Of a stretch of 64,000 nucleotides of DNA, positions 26,724 to 36,773 are shown piece after piece (the first letter of the stretch is position 1; every line of letters starts with the position of its first letter). The notes under the pieces were generated by a model. The model worked only from the letters and a program-made list of their open reading frames with translations, did no database searches and was not told where the DNA came from. The translations under genes and the position numbers were made by a program. Origin of the DNA: Dehalococcoidia bacterium (GTDB lineage Bacteria > Chloroflexota > Dehalococcoidia > UBA6926); NCBI GenBank assembly GCA_963666115.2, contig CAXXET010000006.1, forward strand, positions 1 through 64,000, written 5' to 3'.

Positions 26724-28298
26724 TTACGCCGGGTCGGTGATCGGCTCCGTGTACATCTGCTTCAGGTCGCGCTTCAGAACCTTGCCCAGCGGATTGCGCG
26801 GCAGCGGCTCCGTCGAGAACACCACGTGCTCCGGCCTCTTGAAGCTGGCCAGCCGCTGGCGCGAGTACTCGATCAACTCATCCTGCGTCGCCGCCTGCCC
26901 GCCCTTGAGCACCACGACGGCGCGCACGCGCTCGCCCCACTGGTCGTCCGGGATGCCGATGATTGCCGCCTCGTCCACTGCGGGATGGGACATCAGCGTC
27001 TGCTCCACCTCTTCAGGGGAGATCATCTCGCCCGCGCGCTTGATGAAGTCCTTGGCGCGTCCCGTCAGGAAGATGTAGCCCTCATCGTCCTGGTAGCCGA
27101 GGTCGCCCGTGAACAGCCAGCCGTTCTTGATGGTTTCCGCCGTCACGTCGTCCTGCTGCCAGTAGCCCTTCATCAACTGCGGGCCGCTGGCGATGATCTC
27201 GCCCTGCTCGTTCGCGGGGACGTCGTTGCCGTCCTCATCCACGATGCGAATATCGACGCCCGGCAGCGGCTTGCCGATGGAGCTCAGCCGCTCGAACTTC
27301 TTCTCGCGCTCCTCTTCGGACAGCCCCTTCACATTGTGGTCTTCCGGCATCAACGCCGTGATTGTCGCCGAAGCCTCCGTCTGCCCGAACGCGTTGATGA
27401 ACTGCGTGTCCTCCATCTCCATGATGGCGCGCTTGATGACCTCCTTGGGCATCGGCGCGGCGCCGTACGTCAGCACCGCGAGGCTGGACAGGTCGTAGTT
27501 CGGGCGCGCCTCGTGGTCGAGCAGCATCTTGAGCATCGTCGGCACCATCATGGCGCGCGAAACACGCTCATCCTGCACCAGCTTCATCCACGATTCCGCC
27601 TCAAACTGCCGCTGGATCACCAGCGTGCGGAAGCCCCAGACGGCGGAGATGACGGCCTGCATACCCGCCACGTGGTACAGCGGCACAGTCAGGATGTTCT
27701 TTTCGATCTCATCGGGATCGAGCTGTGAAACGTTGTTCAGGCTGTAGCTGCTCACGCTGCCGAACGTGAGCATCACGCCCTTGGGCAGGCCCGTCGTGCC
27801 CGCCGTGAACATGAGAATCGTGGTGTCCTCGTCATCGACAACCGCCACGTCAAACTCGGTTGGCTGGTCGGCGATCACGTCCTCATACGCCTCCCAGCCG
27901 TCAGCCGTCCCCTCCAGCGAGACGTAGTGCTCGACCGTGCCCAGCGCGGGCCGCAGCTCATCGATCATGCCCAGGTACCGCGAGCCGGCGATGACCACCT
28001 TGGACTCAGACGCATTGACCATGTGGCGGATCTCCTCCGCCCGGCCACGGAAGCTCAACGGCACGAAGATCGCGCCCAGCTTGGCCGACGCAAAATACGT
28101 CTCGATGACCTCGTTGCAGTTCACCTGCATGATGCCCACGCGGTCGCCCTGCGTGACGCCCCATGACGCCAGCCGGTTCGCCAGCTGGTTTACTCGCTGG
28201 TCCAGTTCCCCATAGGTGTATCGCTTGTCCTCGAAAACGACGGCCTCTTTGTCCGGCGATATCATGTTCGCGATAGTCAAAAACTCAGCAGTGTTCAT
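26724..28298 (-). CDS. Acyl-CoA synthetase (AMP-binding)
   Basis: MFTAGTTGLPKG, FGQTE, TGDLG, RNPLGKVLK. Confidence 0.92.
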   Translation of the reverse strand: MNTAEFLTIANMISPDKEAVVFEDKRYTYGELDQRVNQLANRLASWGVTQGDRVGIMQVNCNEVIETYFASAKLGAIFVPLSFRGRAEEIRHMVNASESKVVIAGSRYLGMIDELRPALGTVEHYVSLEGTADGWEAYEDVIADQPTEFDVAVVDDEDTTILMFTAGTTGLPKGVMLTFGSVSSYSLNNVSQLDPDEIEKNILTVPLYHVAGMQAVISAVWGFRTLVIQRQFEAESWMKLVQDERVSRAMMVPTMLKMLLDHEARPNYDLSSLAVLTYGAAPMPKEVIKRAIMEMEDTQFINAFGQTEASATITALMPEDHNVKGLSEEEREKKFERLSSIGKPLPGVDIRIVDEDGNDVPANEQGEIIASGPQLMKGYWQQDDVTAETIKNGWLFTGDLGYQDDEGYIFLTGRAKDFIKRAGEMISPEEVEQTLMSHPAVDEAAIIGIPDDQWGERVRAVVVLKGGQAATQDELIEYSRQRLASFKRPEHVVFSTEPLPRNPLGKVLKRDLKQMYTEPITDPA

Positions 28299-28349
28299 CC
28301 GTGAAATCCCCTCCCCGTCTCTCTTTGCACGCATCGTAGGCGTGCGTAG

Positions 28350-29120
28350 CTAGCCGATACTAGCAGAGCGCCGCCCGAATGTCACCACCGTTGTGTCACA
28401 CCGCGCCGCCAACGCAGCCTCTATCCGCAGCCCCTCGGCCAATCTCACGTCCGCCCCGCGCCGCAGCGCCGCTTTTGCAGCCGCCCGCGCCTCTCGCGGC
28501 AGTCGCCGCGTCTCCGCGAGCAGTGCCTCTGCCGCATCCGCCAATGTGCCCGCCGCCGCAACGCGGTGAACCAGCCCAAACTCAAGCGCCTCCTCCGGAT
28601 CGAACCACCGGCTCGTCAACAGCAAGTCTAGCGCCTGCGCCCGACCGATGACGCGCGGCAGGGATTGGCTCCCCGTCGCGAACGGGATCATCCCCAACGC
28701 CACCTCCGGCAGGCGGAATCGCGTATCGTCTGCCGCGACTCGAAAATCGCAGCACAGCGCCATCTCAAGTCCTGAGCCGATGGCGAACCCATGCATCGCC
28801 GCCATCGTCGGAACGGGCAGGGAGCGCAGCAGCGACCACACGTCACGCAAATACCGCGCCTCCCGCGCAATCACGCGTGACGGCGCGCTGCCAAACTCCG
28901 TCAGGTCCGCCCCCGCGCAAAATGCCCTGTCCCCCGCGCCGCTGATAATGACGGCATCCAGATCGGGATTCGCGTGAAGCTCCGTCAAAATGGCGAACAG
29001 GTCGTCCCGCATCTGAACATTGAACGCATTCAACTGCTCGGGCCGGTTCAACACAATCCGCGCCAAGCCGTTGTGATCCACGTCACAAACCGCCGCCGCC
29101 GCGCCCTCCTGCGCCGCCAT
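28350..29120 (-). CDS. Enoyl-CoA hydratase/isomerase
   Basis: LNRPEQLNAF, FCAGADL, GSGLEMALCCD, LPEVALG. Confidence 0.9.
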   Translation of the reverse strand: MAAQEGAAAAVCDVDHNGLARIVLNRPEQLNAFNVQMRDDLFAILTELHANPDLDAVIISGAGDRAFCAGADLTEFGSAPSRVIAREARYLRDVWSLLRSLPVPTMAAMHGFAIGSGLEMALCCDFRVAADDTRFRLPEVALGMIPFATGSQSLPRVIGRAQALDLLLTSRWFDPEEALEFGLVHRVAAAGTLADAAEALLAETRRLPREARAAAKAALRRGADVRLAEGLRIEAALAARCDTTVVTFGRRSASIG

Positions 29121-29130
29121 GCCTCCGCTC

Positions 29131-29610
29131 CTACCGCAAGAACGGAATCGCCAGGAGGTAGTCGGCGGGGACGCCGCGGCCGGCGCGCAGGGCTGCCCGG
29201 ATGACCATGAAGAGCCAGAAGATGAAAATGGCGAATCCCACGACTATCGCAATCAAGAGCGGCAGGATGATCCGTTCGAGCAGGTCCACGAAAGCGTCCT
29301 CGAACTCTTCTGCCGTCATGCTCGACCCAAAATCGTCCAGGTCGCCTGTGCCGATCGCAATGGCAAACACCACGAACATCGCGATAGCGAAGAGGACCTC
29401 GTACAGGATCATGCTGATCTGAAAGTTCAGCGCGGCCTTTCCGTGCTCGTTGACCAGGGGGCTCTTTCCACGAAAGACAAGCCAGAGGATGAGCGGCGCG
29501 AGAATCTGCAAAATCCATCCCCCCAGGAAGGCGAACAGCGCGCTCAGGTGAATGATCGCCGCGATCCCGCTGCCATCGTCTGAAGGCTTTAATGCCTGTG
29601 GGTCATTCAC
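29131..29610 (-). CDS. DUF4870 (Tic20-like) membrane protein
   Basis: HLSAL..APLILWL..HGKAALNFQIS..YLLAIPFLR. Confidence 0.8.
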   Translation of the reverse strand: MNDPQALKPSDDGSGIAAIIHLSALFAFLGGWILQILAPLILWLVFRGKSPLVNEHGKAALNFQISMILYEVLFAIAMFVVFAIAIGTGDLDDFGSSMTAEEFEDAFVDLLERIILPLLIAIVVGFAIFIFWLFMVIRAALRAGRGVPADYLLAIPFLR

Positions 29611-29622
29611 AGCCGTCGCCCA

Positions 29623-30195
29623 CTACCGCAAAAACGGAATCGCCAGGATGTACCCCGGCGGGTCGCCCCGGCTCGCGCGCACCGCCGCCACAATCGTCCA
29701 GATGAGCCAGATAATCGCCAACAGGAGCATCAGCAGCCCCGCGACGACCAGGATAGCCAGCGTCTGCCAGAACCCGTCGACGATTTCCTGTTCCACGTCG
29801 GCAATGGTCCCGACGATGAAGAACGGAATCATCGCCATGAACAGGATGATGAAGTAGATGAAGAAACTGATATTGAAGTTGAGCGCCTTCTTGCCGTGAA
29901 AGTCGACCATGTCCGACTTGCCGCGAAAGATGAGCCACACGATCAGAGGCCCGAGAATGCCGCCAATGCCGGACGTGACGACTGACGTGAGCGCCGCGAG
30001 GTGAACCAGTATCGACCAATTGCGCTCCTCAGGACTGCTCACCGAGCCATAGTATGCCCCGCCGGTCGGACGTACCCTCGCGGGATCACCCGCCGACCCC
30101 GGAACGTAATTTGCCTCCCGGGCCGCCTCGTCCTGAGACGCCTGCCCGGAATCGTCCGATTCATCCCCAGGCCGCTCCTGCTGTTCCTGTGCCAT
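29623..30195 (-). CDS. DUF4870 membrane protein
   Basis: EERNWSILVHL..GPLIVWL..HGKKALNFNIS..YILAIPFLR. Confidence 0.8.
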   Translation of the reverse strand: MAQEQQERPGDESDDSGQASQDEAAREANYVPGSAGDPARVRPTGGAYYGSVSSPEERNWSILVHLAALTSVVTSGIGGILGPLIVWLIFRGKSDMVDFHGKKALNFNISFFIYFIILFMAMIPFFIVGTIADVEQEIVDGFWQTLAILVVAGLLMLLLAIIWLIWTIVAAVRASRGDPPGYILAIPFLR

Positions 30196-30215
30196 GGCCC
30201 CCTCCCATCCCCGTG

Positions 30216-30485
30216 CTATGTCTGCCGCGCCGGAACACGCAGCGGCACGAAAGCGATCATCTCGCCGGGCTCCAGTTCAAGCGTCGCCGGATCACTCGGC
30301 GTTGGAAACTCCTTTCCGTCCTCCTCAAACAACTCAAAGAACTCCGTCAGGCCGTCTGCGGCATCCTCCAGGGCCTCATCGACCGTCGTCCCCATCGCAA
30401 GGCAGCCCGGAACATCCGGAATGACAACGCCATAGGCGCCAAGCTCGCCGTCGATTATGGCAGGATACTTGGTCATCGCAATCAC
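30216..30485 (-). CDS. hicB: HicB-family antitoxin
   Basis: YPAII..YGVVIPDVPGCLAMGTTVDEAL..PTPS. Confidence 0.88.
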   Translation of the reverse strand: MIAMTKYPAIIDGELGAYGVVIPDVPGCLAMGTTVDEALEDAADGLTEFFELFEEDGKEFPTPSDPATLELEPGEMIAFVPLRVPARQT

Positions 30486-30676
30486 CTCCCATGTTCCCAG
30501 TCCGCCAATTTTGCCACTATACGCGCCATACCTGTAGAAAGGGTTCTGTGGCGTGGAACTCGGAGAGTCCTCTGCTTGCCAGCATGACGGTAGATATCAT
30601 GATTCCCGCCATGCCTCACGAGTACCCAGCCCTCCCGCAGCAGCCTCCGCACGATCGTGTCCCTGTTCGTCTCCAT
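30482..30676 (-). CDS. hicA: HicA-family toxin
   Basis: GWVLVRHGGNHDIYRH..VPRH; TATAAT 9 nt before the ATG. Confidence 0.88.
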   Translation of the reverse strand: METNRDTIVRRLLREGWVLVRHGGNHDIYRHAGKQRTLRVPRHRTLSTGMARIVAKLADWEHGR

Positions 30677-30729
30677 GCTCTCGGCATTATACGGGTAACT
30701 GCGGCCGCCTTGCCCCGCTGCCGTGAATA

Positions 30730-31524
30730 CTATTCCCCCCCAAACTCCGGCTCCCGCCGCTCAAGAAAAGACCGGATCCCCTCCTCCCGGTCCTTCGTCG
30801 TCTGGAGAATCATCGTCAGATCGGTCTCAAGCAAAATGCCCTGGTCAAGCGTCATCTCTGAGCCCGTCAGGATAACTTCCTTCGCGTACCGCGCCGCAAT
30901 CGGCCCCCCGGCAAGTATCCGCTTCGTTATCTCCTGCGCGCCGCCAAGCGCGCCGCCGGATGGCGCAACCCGATTCACCAGCCCCATATCCAGCGCCTCT
31001 CTGGCCCCTATTGTTCGACCCGTCAGCACAAGATCGGTCGCATGGGCAGGCCCGACGATGCGCGGCAATCGCTGAGTGCCGCCGTCCCAGGGGATGATTC
31101 CCTGCAACGCTTGACCCATGCGGAACGATGCCGTCTCCGCCGCCACGCGGATATCCGCCGCCAGCGCCAGTTCAAGCCCCTGGTCGAATGCATCCCCGTT
31201 CACCGCCGCAATGACGGGAAACGGTAGAGACGCAATGACGCTCGCGCACCGGAATCGATCCAGGAGCGATGCCAGAGCGTGAGCAGACGTCAAATCGTGG
31301 GCGTCGTCCAACAGCGACGAATCCGTGCCGCGTGAGAAAGCCGCGCCTCCCTCGCCCCCCGTCAGGATCAGCGCGTCAAACGGGCTGTCCTCGCGCAGCG
31401 TCGCGCACAACTCCCCCAGTGAGGAAGCCATGGCGCGGTCGATGAAGTTGTCGGGAGGGCGGCTGAGAACTGCGGTCAGCAGGCGGCCCTCGGGGCGAAG
31501 TGTTATCGGCTCGTTGATGTTCAT
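30730..31524 (-). CDS. Enoyl-CoA hydratase/isomerase
   Basis: PVIAAVNG, GLELALAADIR, GGTQRLPRIVG, EGIRSFLERREP. Confidence 0.9.
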   Translation of the reverse strand: MNINEPITLRPEGRLLTAVLSRPPDNFIDRAMASSLGELCATLREDSPFDALILTGGEGGAAFSRGTDSSLLDDAHDLTSAHALASLLDRFRCASVIASLPFPVIAAVNGDAFDQGLELALAADIRVAAETASFRMGQALQGIIPWDGGTQRLPRIVGPAHATDLVLTGRTIGAREALDMGLVNRVAPSGGALGGAQEITKRILAGGPIAARYAKEVILTGSEMTLDQGILLETDLTMILQTTKDREEGIRSFLERREPEFGGE

Positions 31525-31550
31525 GTGTGCTGTGCGCCGGTCCATGCCGC

Positions 31551-31588
31551 GTAACACGATTGTAACTCTCGCGTAACTGGCTCGTCAC
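31551..31588 (+). promoter_or_regulatory. GlnR/OmpR-type direct-repeat box upstream of amtB
   Basis: GTAAC at 31551, 31562 and 31573 and GTCAC at 31584: exact 11-bp period. Confidence 0.6.
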
Positions 31589-31659
31589 AGAACGAACACA
31601 GGATTGATGGTGATGCGCGGCCAAAGCCGCGCCGTCTGGTGTTCTGGAAGGAGGACAGG

Positions 31660-32886
31660 ATGGGAGAGTTCAATAGCGGCGATACCGCCTGGATGTTGAT
31701 GTCAACGGCGCTGGTGCTGTTCATGACGCCGGGCCTCGCTTTCTTCTACGGCGGTCTGGTGCGTGGGCGAAACGCCATCAGCACGATTTCCCTTAGCTTC
31801 ATATCGATGGCGGTGGCCAGCCTTGTCTGGGTGCTCTGGGGATACAGCCTGGCATTTGGCGACGGCGGCGATCTCAACGCATTCGTAGGCGATCTGTCCT
31901 ACGTCGGCCTGTCCGGGATCGGCATCAACGACGGAGGAAACATACCCGACCTCCTCTTCGTCGCATTCCAAATGATGTTTGCCATCATCACGCCCGCCCT
32001 TATCACTGGCGCAATCGTAGAGCGGTTCAAGTTCACCACGTACCTCATCTTCCTCGTCCTGTGGCTGACCCTCGTCTACGCCCCCATCTGCCACTGGGTC
32101 TGGGCCGAGGGCGGCTGGCTCTTTGACATGGGCGCGCTCGACTTCGCGGGCGGCACCGTCGTTCACATCAACGCGGGCGTTGCGGCCCTCGTCGCCGCCG
32201 TCCTGGTGGGACGCAGGCGCAGGCCGGCTCTTGAACCCCACAACGTCCCATACGTTGTCCTGGGCGCGGGCATCCTCTGGTTCGGCTGGTTCGGCTTCAA
32301 CGCCGGCTCCGGCCTGGCGGCCAACGGGCAGGCCGCAAACGCGCTGCTCGTCACCAACACGGCTGCTGCTGCGGCTGCGCTGACGTGGGGCATCCTCTCC
32401 TACATCCAAACCGGGCGCATGAGCACCGTCGGCATCGCCACGGGCGCGGTTGCAGGACTGGTGGCCATCACGCCCGCCGCCGGATTCGTCAACGTCATGG
32501 GCGCGCTTGTGCTTGGCATCGGCGCCGGCATCATCCCATACCTGTTCGTCCTCTATAGGCCGCGGATGGGCTTCGATGATGCGCTCGATGTCTTCGGCGT
32601 GCACGGCGTCGCGGGAATCTGGGGCGCTCTTGGCACCGGCGTCTTCGCCGTTGAGGCCATTGGCGGCACGGCGGGCCTCCTTGAGGGCAACCCTGAGCAA
32701 ATGGGAGTGCAGGTGATCGGTGTTGTCGCGACACTCGCCTACTCCGGCGTAGCCACCTTCGTCATCCTCAAGGTGCTGGACCTGATTCCCGGACTCGGGC
32801 TCAGGGAGCCGGAGCCTGCCGAGGATGAGGGCCTTGACCTGGCCGCCCACGGTGAGCGCGCGTACGTCGCAGACGGCGCGGACTAG
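31660..32886 (+). CDS. amtB: Ammonium transporter
   Basis: GDTAWMLMSTALVLFMTPGLAFFYGG, DFAGGTVVH, WFGWFGFNAGS, DVFGVHG. Confidence 0.96.
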   Translation: MGEFNSGDTAWMLMSTALVLFMTPGLAFFYGGLVRGRNAISTISLSFISMAVASLVWVLWGYSLAFGDGGDLNAFVGDLSYVGLSGIGINDGGNIPDLLFVAFQMMFAIITPALITGAIVERFKFTTYLIFLVLWLTLVYAPICHWVWAEGGWLFDMGALDFAGGTVVHINAGVAALVAAVLVGRRRRPALEPHNVPYVVLGAGILWFGWFGFNAGSGLAANGQAANALLVTNTAAAAAALTWGILSYIQTGRMSTVGIATGAVAGLVAITPAAGFVNVMGALVLGIGAGIIPYLFVLYRPRMGFDDALDVFGVHGVAGIWGALGTGVFAVEAIGGTAGLLEGNPEQMGVQVIGVVATLAYSGVATFVILKVLDLIPGLGLREPEPAEDEGLDLAAHGERAYVADGAD

Positions 32887-32995
32887 ACCTGCCGCCAGGA
32901 ATGACTAGAATCGGGAGCAGCGCGAGAGCGGGGAACGATCCTGCGGCCCGGCGGGCCGATACCGCCGGGCCGCGCAGAAGGAATAGGAGACGACA

Positions 32996-33349
32996 ATGCT
33001 GAGCATAGAGGCGATTATCAGGCCTGAAACAATTGAGGACGTCGTGGGCGAACTGGAAGCCATTGGCTGCCGCAAGTTCTACTACGCCAACGTCACCGGC
33101 ACGGGGCGGCAGGGCGGGGTCGAAGTCTTCGTTGGCCGCGCGGGGCAAATGACCCGCCGCCACGAGCGCCCCAGGACGGTTGTCAGGGCCGTCATCGAAG
33201 ACGGAATGAAAGATGACGTGGTCAATGCCATCATCCGCGGCGCCCGCAGCCCGGGCGACGGCGAGGTTGGCGACGGCAAGATCTTTGTGACCCGTGTCGA
33301 GGACGCCATTCGCGTTCGGACCGGCGAATCCGGCGACCCGGCCATCTGA
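32996..33349 (+). CDS. glnK: P-II family nitrogen regulator
   Basis: IEAIIRP, GRQ, GEVGDGKIFV, IRVRTGE; downstream of amtB. Confidence 0.88.
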   Translation: MLSIEAIIRPETIEDVVGELEAIGCRKFYYANVTGTGRQGGVEVFVGRAGQMTRRHERPRTVVRAVIEDGMKDDVVNAIIRGARSPGDGEVGDGKIFVTRVEDAIRVRTGESGDPAI

Positions 33350-33371
33350 CGGGAGAAAGGCGGGTGGGGGA

Positions 33372-33414
33372 CGATCCCGCGGCGGGCAATATGCCCGCCG
33401 CGGGATCGCTTTTT
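33372..33414 (+). terminator. Rho-independent terminator
   Basis: 17-bp stem CGATCCCGCGGCGGGCA/TGCCCGCCGCGGGATCG followed by CTTTTT. Confidence 0.85.
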
Positions 33415-33498
33415 GTGCCTCCCCCTATCACAGCGGCTCAAAAATCTCTATAGTTTGTAGTGACGACGATGCCTCTGGTGGATGGGAGACACGCAGCA

Positions 33499-33840
33499 AT
33501 GACATCTGTAGCAGAACCCTTTGAGCGCGTTGACGTCGATAGGGCAAGGGAGCTCATCGACAACGGCGGCGTCGCGCTGATCGACGTCCGCGAACAGGAG
33601 GAATGGGACGAGGGCTACATTGAAGGCGCAACCCGCATCTCGGTGAATGACATCATCAACATGAGCGCCGTCGATGACCTCCCCAAGGATCAGCCTATCG
33701 TCTTCTACTGCGCCGCCGGCGTCCGCTCCGCCCTTGCCTCGGAACTCGCCGCTTCCGTCGGCGTTCCGGGCCCGCTGTACAGCATGGAGGGCGGCTTCGA
33801 CGCGTGGAAAAAGGCCGGCCATCCCACCGCCCAGGACTGA
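33499..33840 (+). CDS. Rhodanese-like protein
   Basis: LIDVREQEEWDEGYIEGA, YCAAGVRS, MEGGFDAW. Confidence 0.9.
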   Translation: MTSVAEPFERVDVDRARELIDNGGVALIDVREQEEWDEGYIEGATRISVNDIINMSAVDDLPKDQPIVFYCAAGVRSALASELAASVGVPGPLYSMEGGFDAWKKAGHPTAQD

Positions 33841-33853
33841 GCCTGGCAGTCCC

Positions 33854-35467
33854 GTGACTACCGACCCGTACGAGGCGCAGCGTCCCATCATCGACGCGCT
33901 TAGCTCGCCTGCCACCTATCCTCCCCGCGATGGCGTCGATGCCGTTGAAGTGCGCGAAACCCACTCCGCTGTCGTCTTCCTCGCGGGCGACCGCGCCTAC
34001 AAGATGAAGAAGGCCGTCGACTACGGCTTCCTGGACTTCACCACCCTCTTAAGGCGCCGCTACTTCTGCTACCAGGAGCTCTTTCTCAACCAGCGTGCCG
34101 CCCCGGACATCTACCGTGAGGTTCGCGCCGTCATACCGAATGGGCGGGGCGGCTACCGCATCGTTGCGGAAGACAACCCCGCAGCCGTTGAATACCTCGT
34201 CCAGATGGTTCGCCTGCCGGAAGACATGATGCTGGACGCGCGGTTGGAGCGCGGCGAGGTCACCCCGGAAATGATGGCTGAACTCGGCCGCATCGTCGCC
34301 AATGTCCACGCCAATGAGGAGACAAGTGATAGCATAGCTGCCGCAGGTGGACTTGAAGGCGTCCGCTTCAATGTTGAAGAGAACTTTGAGCAGACACAGG
34401 CGTACATCGGGCGCACCATCTCACAGGAAACGTACGATGCCGTCTCCACGTACGCCCGCCGCTTCATGGAGCGGCGCGCAGCCCTCTTCAACACCCGCTC
34501 ACGGAACGGATTTGTCCGTGACACCCACGGAGACCTCCACGTTCAACAGATTTGCATTGAGGCCAATGGCCGCATCTCCGTCCTCGACTGCATCGATTTC
34601 AACGAGCGCTTTCGCTACGGTGATGTTGCCTGGGATGTCGGATTCATGGCCATGGACCTCGAGGCGCGAGGCCACCCGGACCTTGCCCGCTCCTTCGTCG
34701 ACGGCTACCTGGAACTGGCCGACGATCCCGGAATGCCTGAACTGCTGCCCTTCTACCAGTGCTACCGCGCCTACGTCCGCGGCAAGGTGGAGGGCTTTCG
34801 GCTGGATCAGCCCGACCTCAGCGACCAGGAGGCTGCGGAAGTCAGGCAGCGCGCAGAGGGCTATTTCCGCCTCGCCGAACAATACGCCCGCGCCATGATC
34901 GGCCCCAACATCGTTCTCATCGGCGGACTCATGGGCAGTGGCAAGAGCACTCTCGCCGAGGGTCTGGCCCGGGATCGCGGCCACGCATATCTTTCAAGCG
35001 ACGTCGTCCGCAAGGAATTGCAGGGCATCCCCCCCGAGGAGCGCCACTTTGTCGAATGGAACACGGAGATATATTCACCGGAGGTAACTGGGCGAACCTA
35101 CGATGAACTCGCTCGTCTCGCCGCCGGCCTGCTTGAACAGGGTCGCTCCGTGGTCGTTGACGCATCGTTCGCCGCGCCGGAGCAGCGCAAACGCTTCGCA
35201 GACCTTTCAAGCTCCACGGGCGTCCCCCTCCACATGGTCGTCTGTGAGCTCGATGAGGACATTACCCGCCAGCGCCTGGACGCCCGGGTTGAGGAAGGCG
35301 AAACGACGTCGGACGGCCGCTGGGAGATCTACGCCGCCCAACGCGACTCTTTCCAGCAGCCGGATGAGCTAGCGGGGGATTCCGTCCTGCGCCTTGACAC
35401 GTCCGGCCCCGCTCAATCTGTGATTGATGCCCTCGTCTCACGTCTCGACTCGGATTCGCTAGAATAA
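33854..35467 (+). CDS. Aminoglycoside-phosphotransferase-like/P-loop kinase fusion (Rv2004c-like)
   Basis: ETHSAVVFL..AYKMKK, HGDLH, LDCIDFN, GLMGSGKST, SSDVVRK. Confidence 0.85.
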   Translation: MTTDPYEAQRPIIDALSSPATYPPRDGVDAVEVRETHSAVVFLAGDRAYKMKKAVDYGFLDFTTLLRRRYFCYQELFLNQRAAPDIYREVRAVIPNGRGGYRIVAEDNPAAVEYLVQMVRLPEDMMLDARLERGEVTPEMMAELGRIVANVHANEETSDSIAAAGGLEGVRFNVEENFEQTQAYIGRTISQETYDAVSTYARRFMERRAALFNTRSRNGFVRDTHGDLHVQQICIEANGRISVLDCIDFNERFRYGDVAWDVGFMAMDLEARGHPDLARSFVDGYLELADDPGMPELLPFYQCYRAYVRGKVEGFRLDQPDLSDQEAAEVRQRAEGYFRLAEQYARAMIGPNIVLIGGLMGSGKSTLAEGLARDRGHAYLSSDVVRKELQGIPPEERHFVEWNTEIYSPEVTGRTYDELARLAAGLLEQGRSVVVDASFAAPEQRKRFADLSSSTGVPLHMVVCELDEDITRQRLDARVEEGETTSDGRWEIYAAQRDSFQQPDELAGDSVLRLDTSGPAQSVIDALVSRLDSDSLE

Positions 35468-35498
35468 TGGGACGCGCCGCGCCCAGGGAGAACACTGA

Positions 35499-36773
35499 AT
35501 GACCGTTACCGAAACCGCCCATGACGTAGCCAACCTGTCCCTTGCCGACGAGGGGCAGCGGCGCATCGAGTGGGCTGCGCGGGAAATGCCCGTCGTCAAG
35601 CTGATACAGGAGCGTTTCCGCGAGGAAAAGCCGCTCGTCGGGCAGCGCATCGCCGCCTGCCTGCACGTCACGTCTGAAACGGCCAATCTCATGCTCGCTC
35701 TGGTTGACGGCGGCGCCGAGGTGCGCCTTTGCGCCTCCAACCCGCTCTCCACGCAGGACGACGTTGCGGCCGCCCTCGTCGTCAATCACGGCATATCCGT
35801 TTTCGCAATCCACGGCGAGGACACGGAGACCTACTACAAGCACATCAACCAGGCGCTGGATGGCAGTCCCACCATCACGATGGACGATGGCGCAGACCTC
35901 GTCGCGACCATCCACGGTGAGCGGCAGGACCTCATCGAGGGCCTCCGGGGCGGCAGCGAGGAAACGACGACCGGCGTCATCCGCCTCCGCAGCCTTGCGC
36001 AGCAGGGCAAGCTCATGTACCCCGTCATCGCCGTCAATGATGCCGACACCAAGCACCTGTTCGACAACCGCTACGGCACCGGCCAGAGCACGCTGGACGG
36101 CATCACCCGCGCCACGAACATCCTGTGGGCGGGCAAGACGGTGCTCGTCGCGGGCTACGGCTGGTGCGGGCGCGGCGTTGCCATGCGGGCGCGCGGCATG
36201 GGCGCGCAGGTCATCGTGAGCGAAATCGACCCCATCCGCGCCCTTGAAGCCCTGATGGATGGCAACCGCGTGATGACGACGGCGGAGGCTGTGCCGCAGG
36301 CCGATGTCATCATCACCGTCACGGGCGACATCCACGCGATTGGGCGCAGCCACATCCCCCTGCTGAAGGACGGCGTCGTGCTGACCAACTCCGGCCATTT
36401 CAACGTCGAGATCGATATACCGGCGCTTGAAGAAGCCAGCAACGGCTCTCGTGAACTCAGGCAGAACGTCGTGGCCTATGACATGAAGGACGGCCGCGCG
36501 GTGAATCTCCTTGCGGAGGGACGCCTTATCAACCTGGCCGCAGCCGAGGGCCACCCCTCCGCCGTCATGGACCTCTCCTTCGCGGATCAGGCGCTTGCCG
36601 CCGAGTATCTGTCCGGCAATGAGGGCAGTGACCTGTCGAACGATGTTCACACCTTGCCACAGGAACTCGATGCGGAAGTTGCGAGGCTCAAGCTCCGGTC
36701 CGTCGGCATCGCCATCGACACGCCAACCGAAGAGCAGACGAAGTATCTCGGCAGTTGGGAGATGGGCACCTGA
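35499..36773 (+). CDS. ahcY: Adenosylhomocysteinase
   Basis: SNPLSTQD, EETTTG, KHLFDNRYGTGQS, GHPSAVMD. Confidence 0.97.
   Translation: MTVTETAHDVANLSLADEGQRRIEWAAREMPVVKLIQERFREEKPLVGQRIAACLHVTSETANLMLALVDGGAEVRLCASNPLSTQDDVAAALVVNHGISVFAIHGEDTETYYKHINQALDGSPTITMDDGADLVATIHGERQDLIEGLRGGSEETTTGVIRLRSLAQQGKLMYPVIAVNDADTKHLFDNRYGTGQSTLDGITRATNILWAGKTVLVAGYGWCGRGVAMRARGMGAQVIVSEIDPIRALEALMDGNRVMTTAEAVPQADVIITVTGDIHAIGRSHIPLLKDGVVLTNSGHFNVEIDIPALEEASNGSRELRQNVVAYDMKDGRAVNLLAEGRLINLAAAEGHPSAVMDLSFADQALAAEYLSGNEGSDLSNDVHTLPQELDAEVARLKLRSVGIAIDTPTEEQTKYLGSWEMGT

Noticed and set aside
30542-30549. GGTTCTGT as another IS6-like end
   Set aside because: Lies inside hicA with no partner inverted repeat or target duplication.
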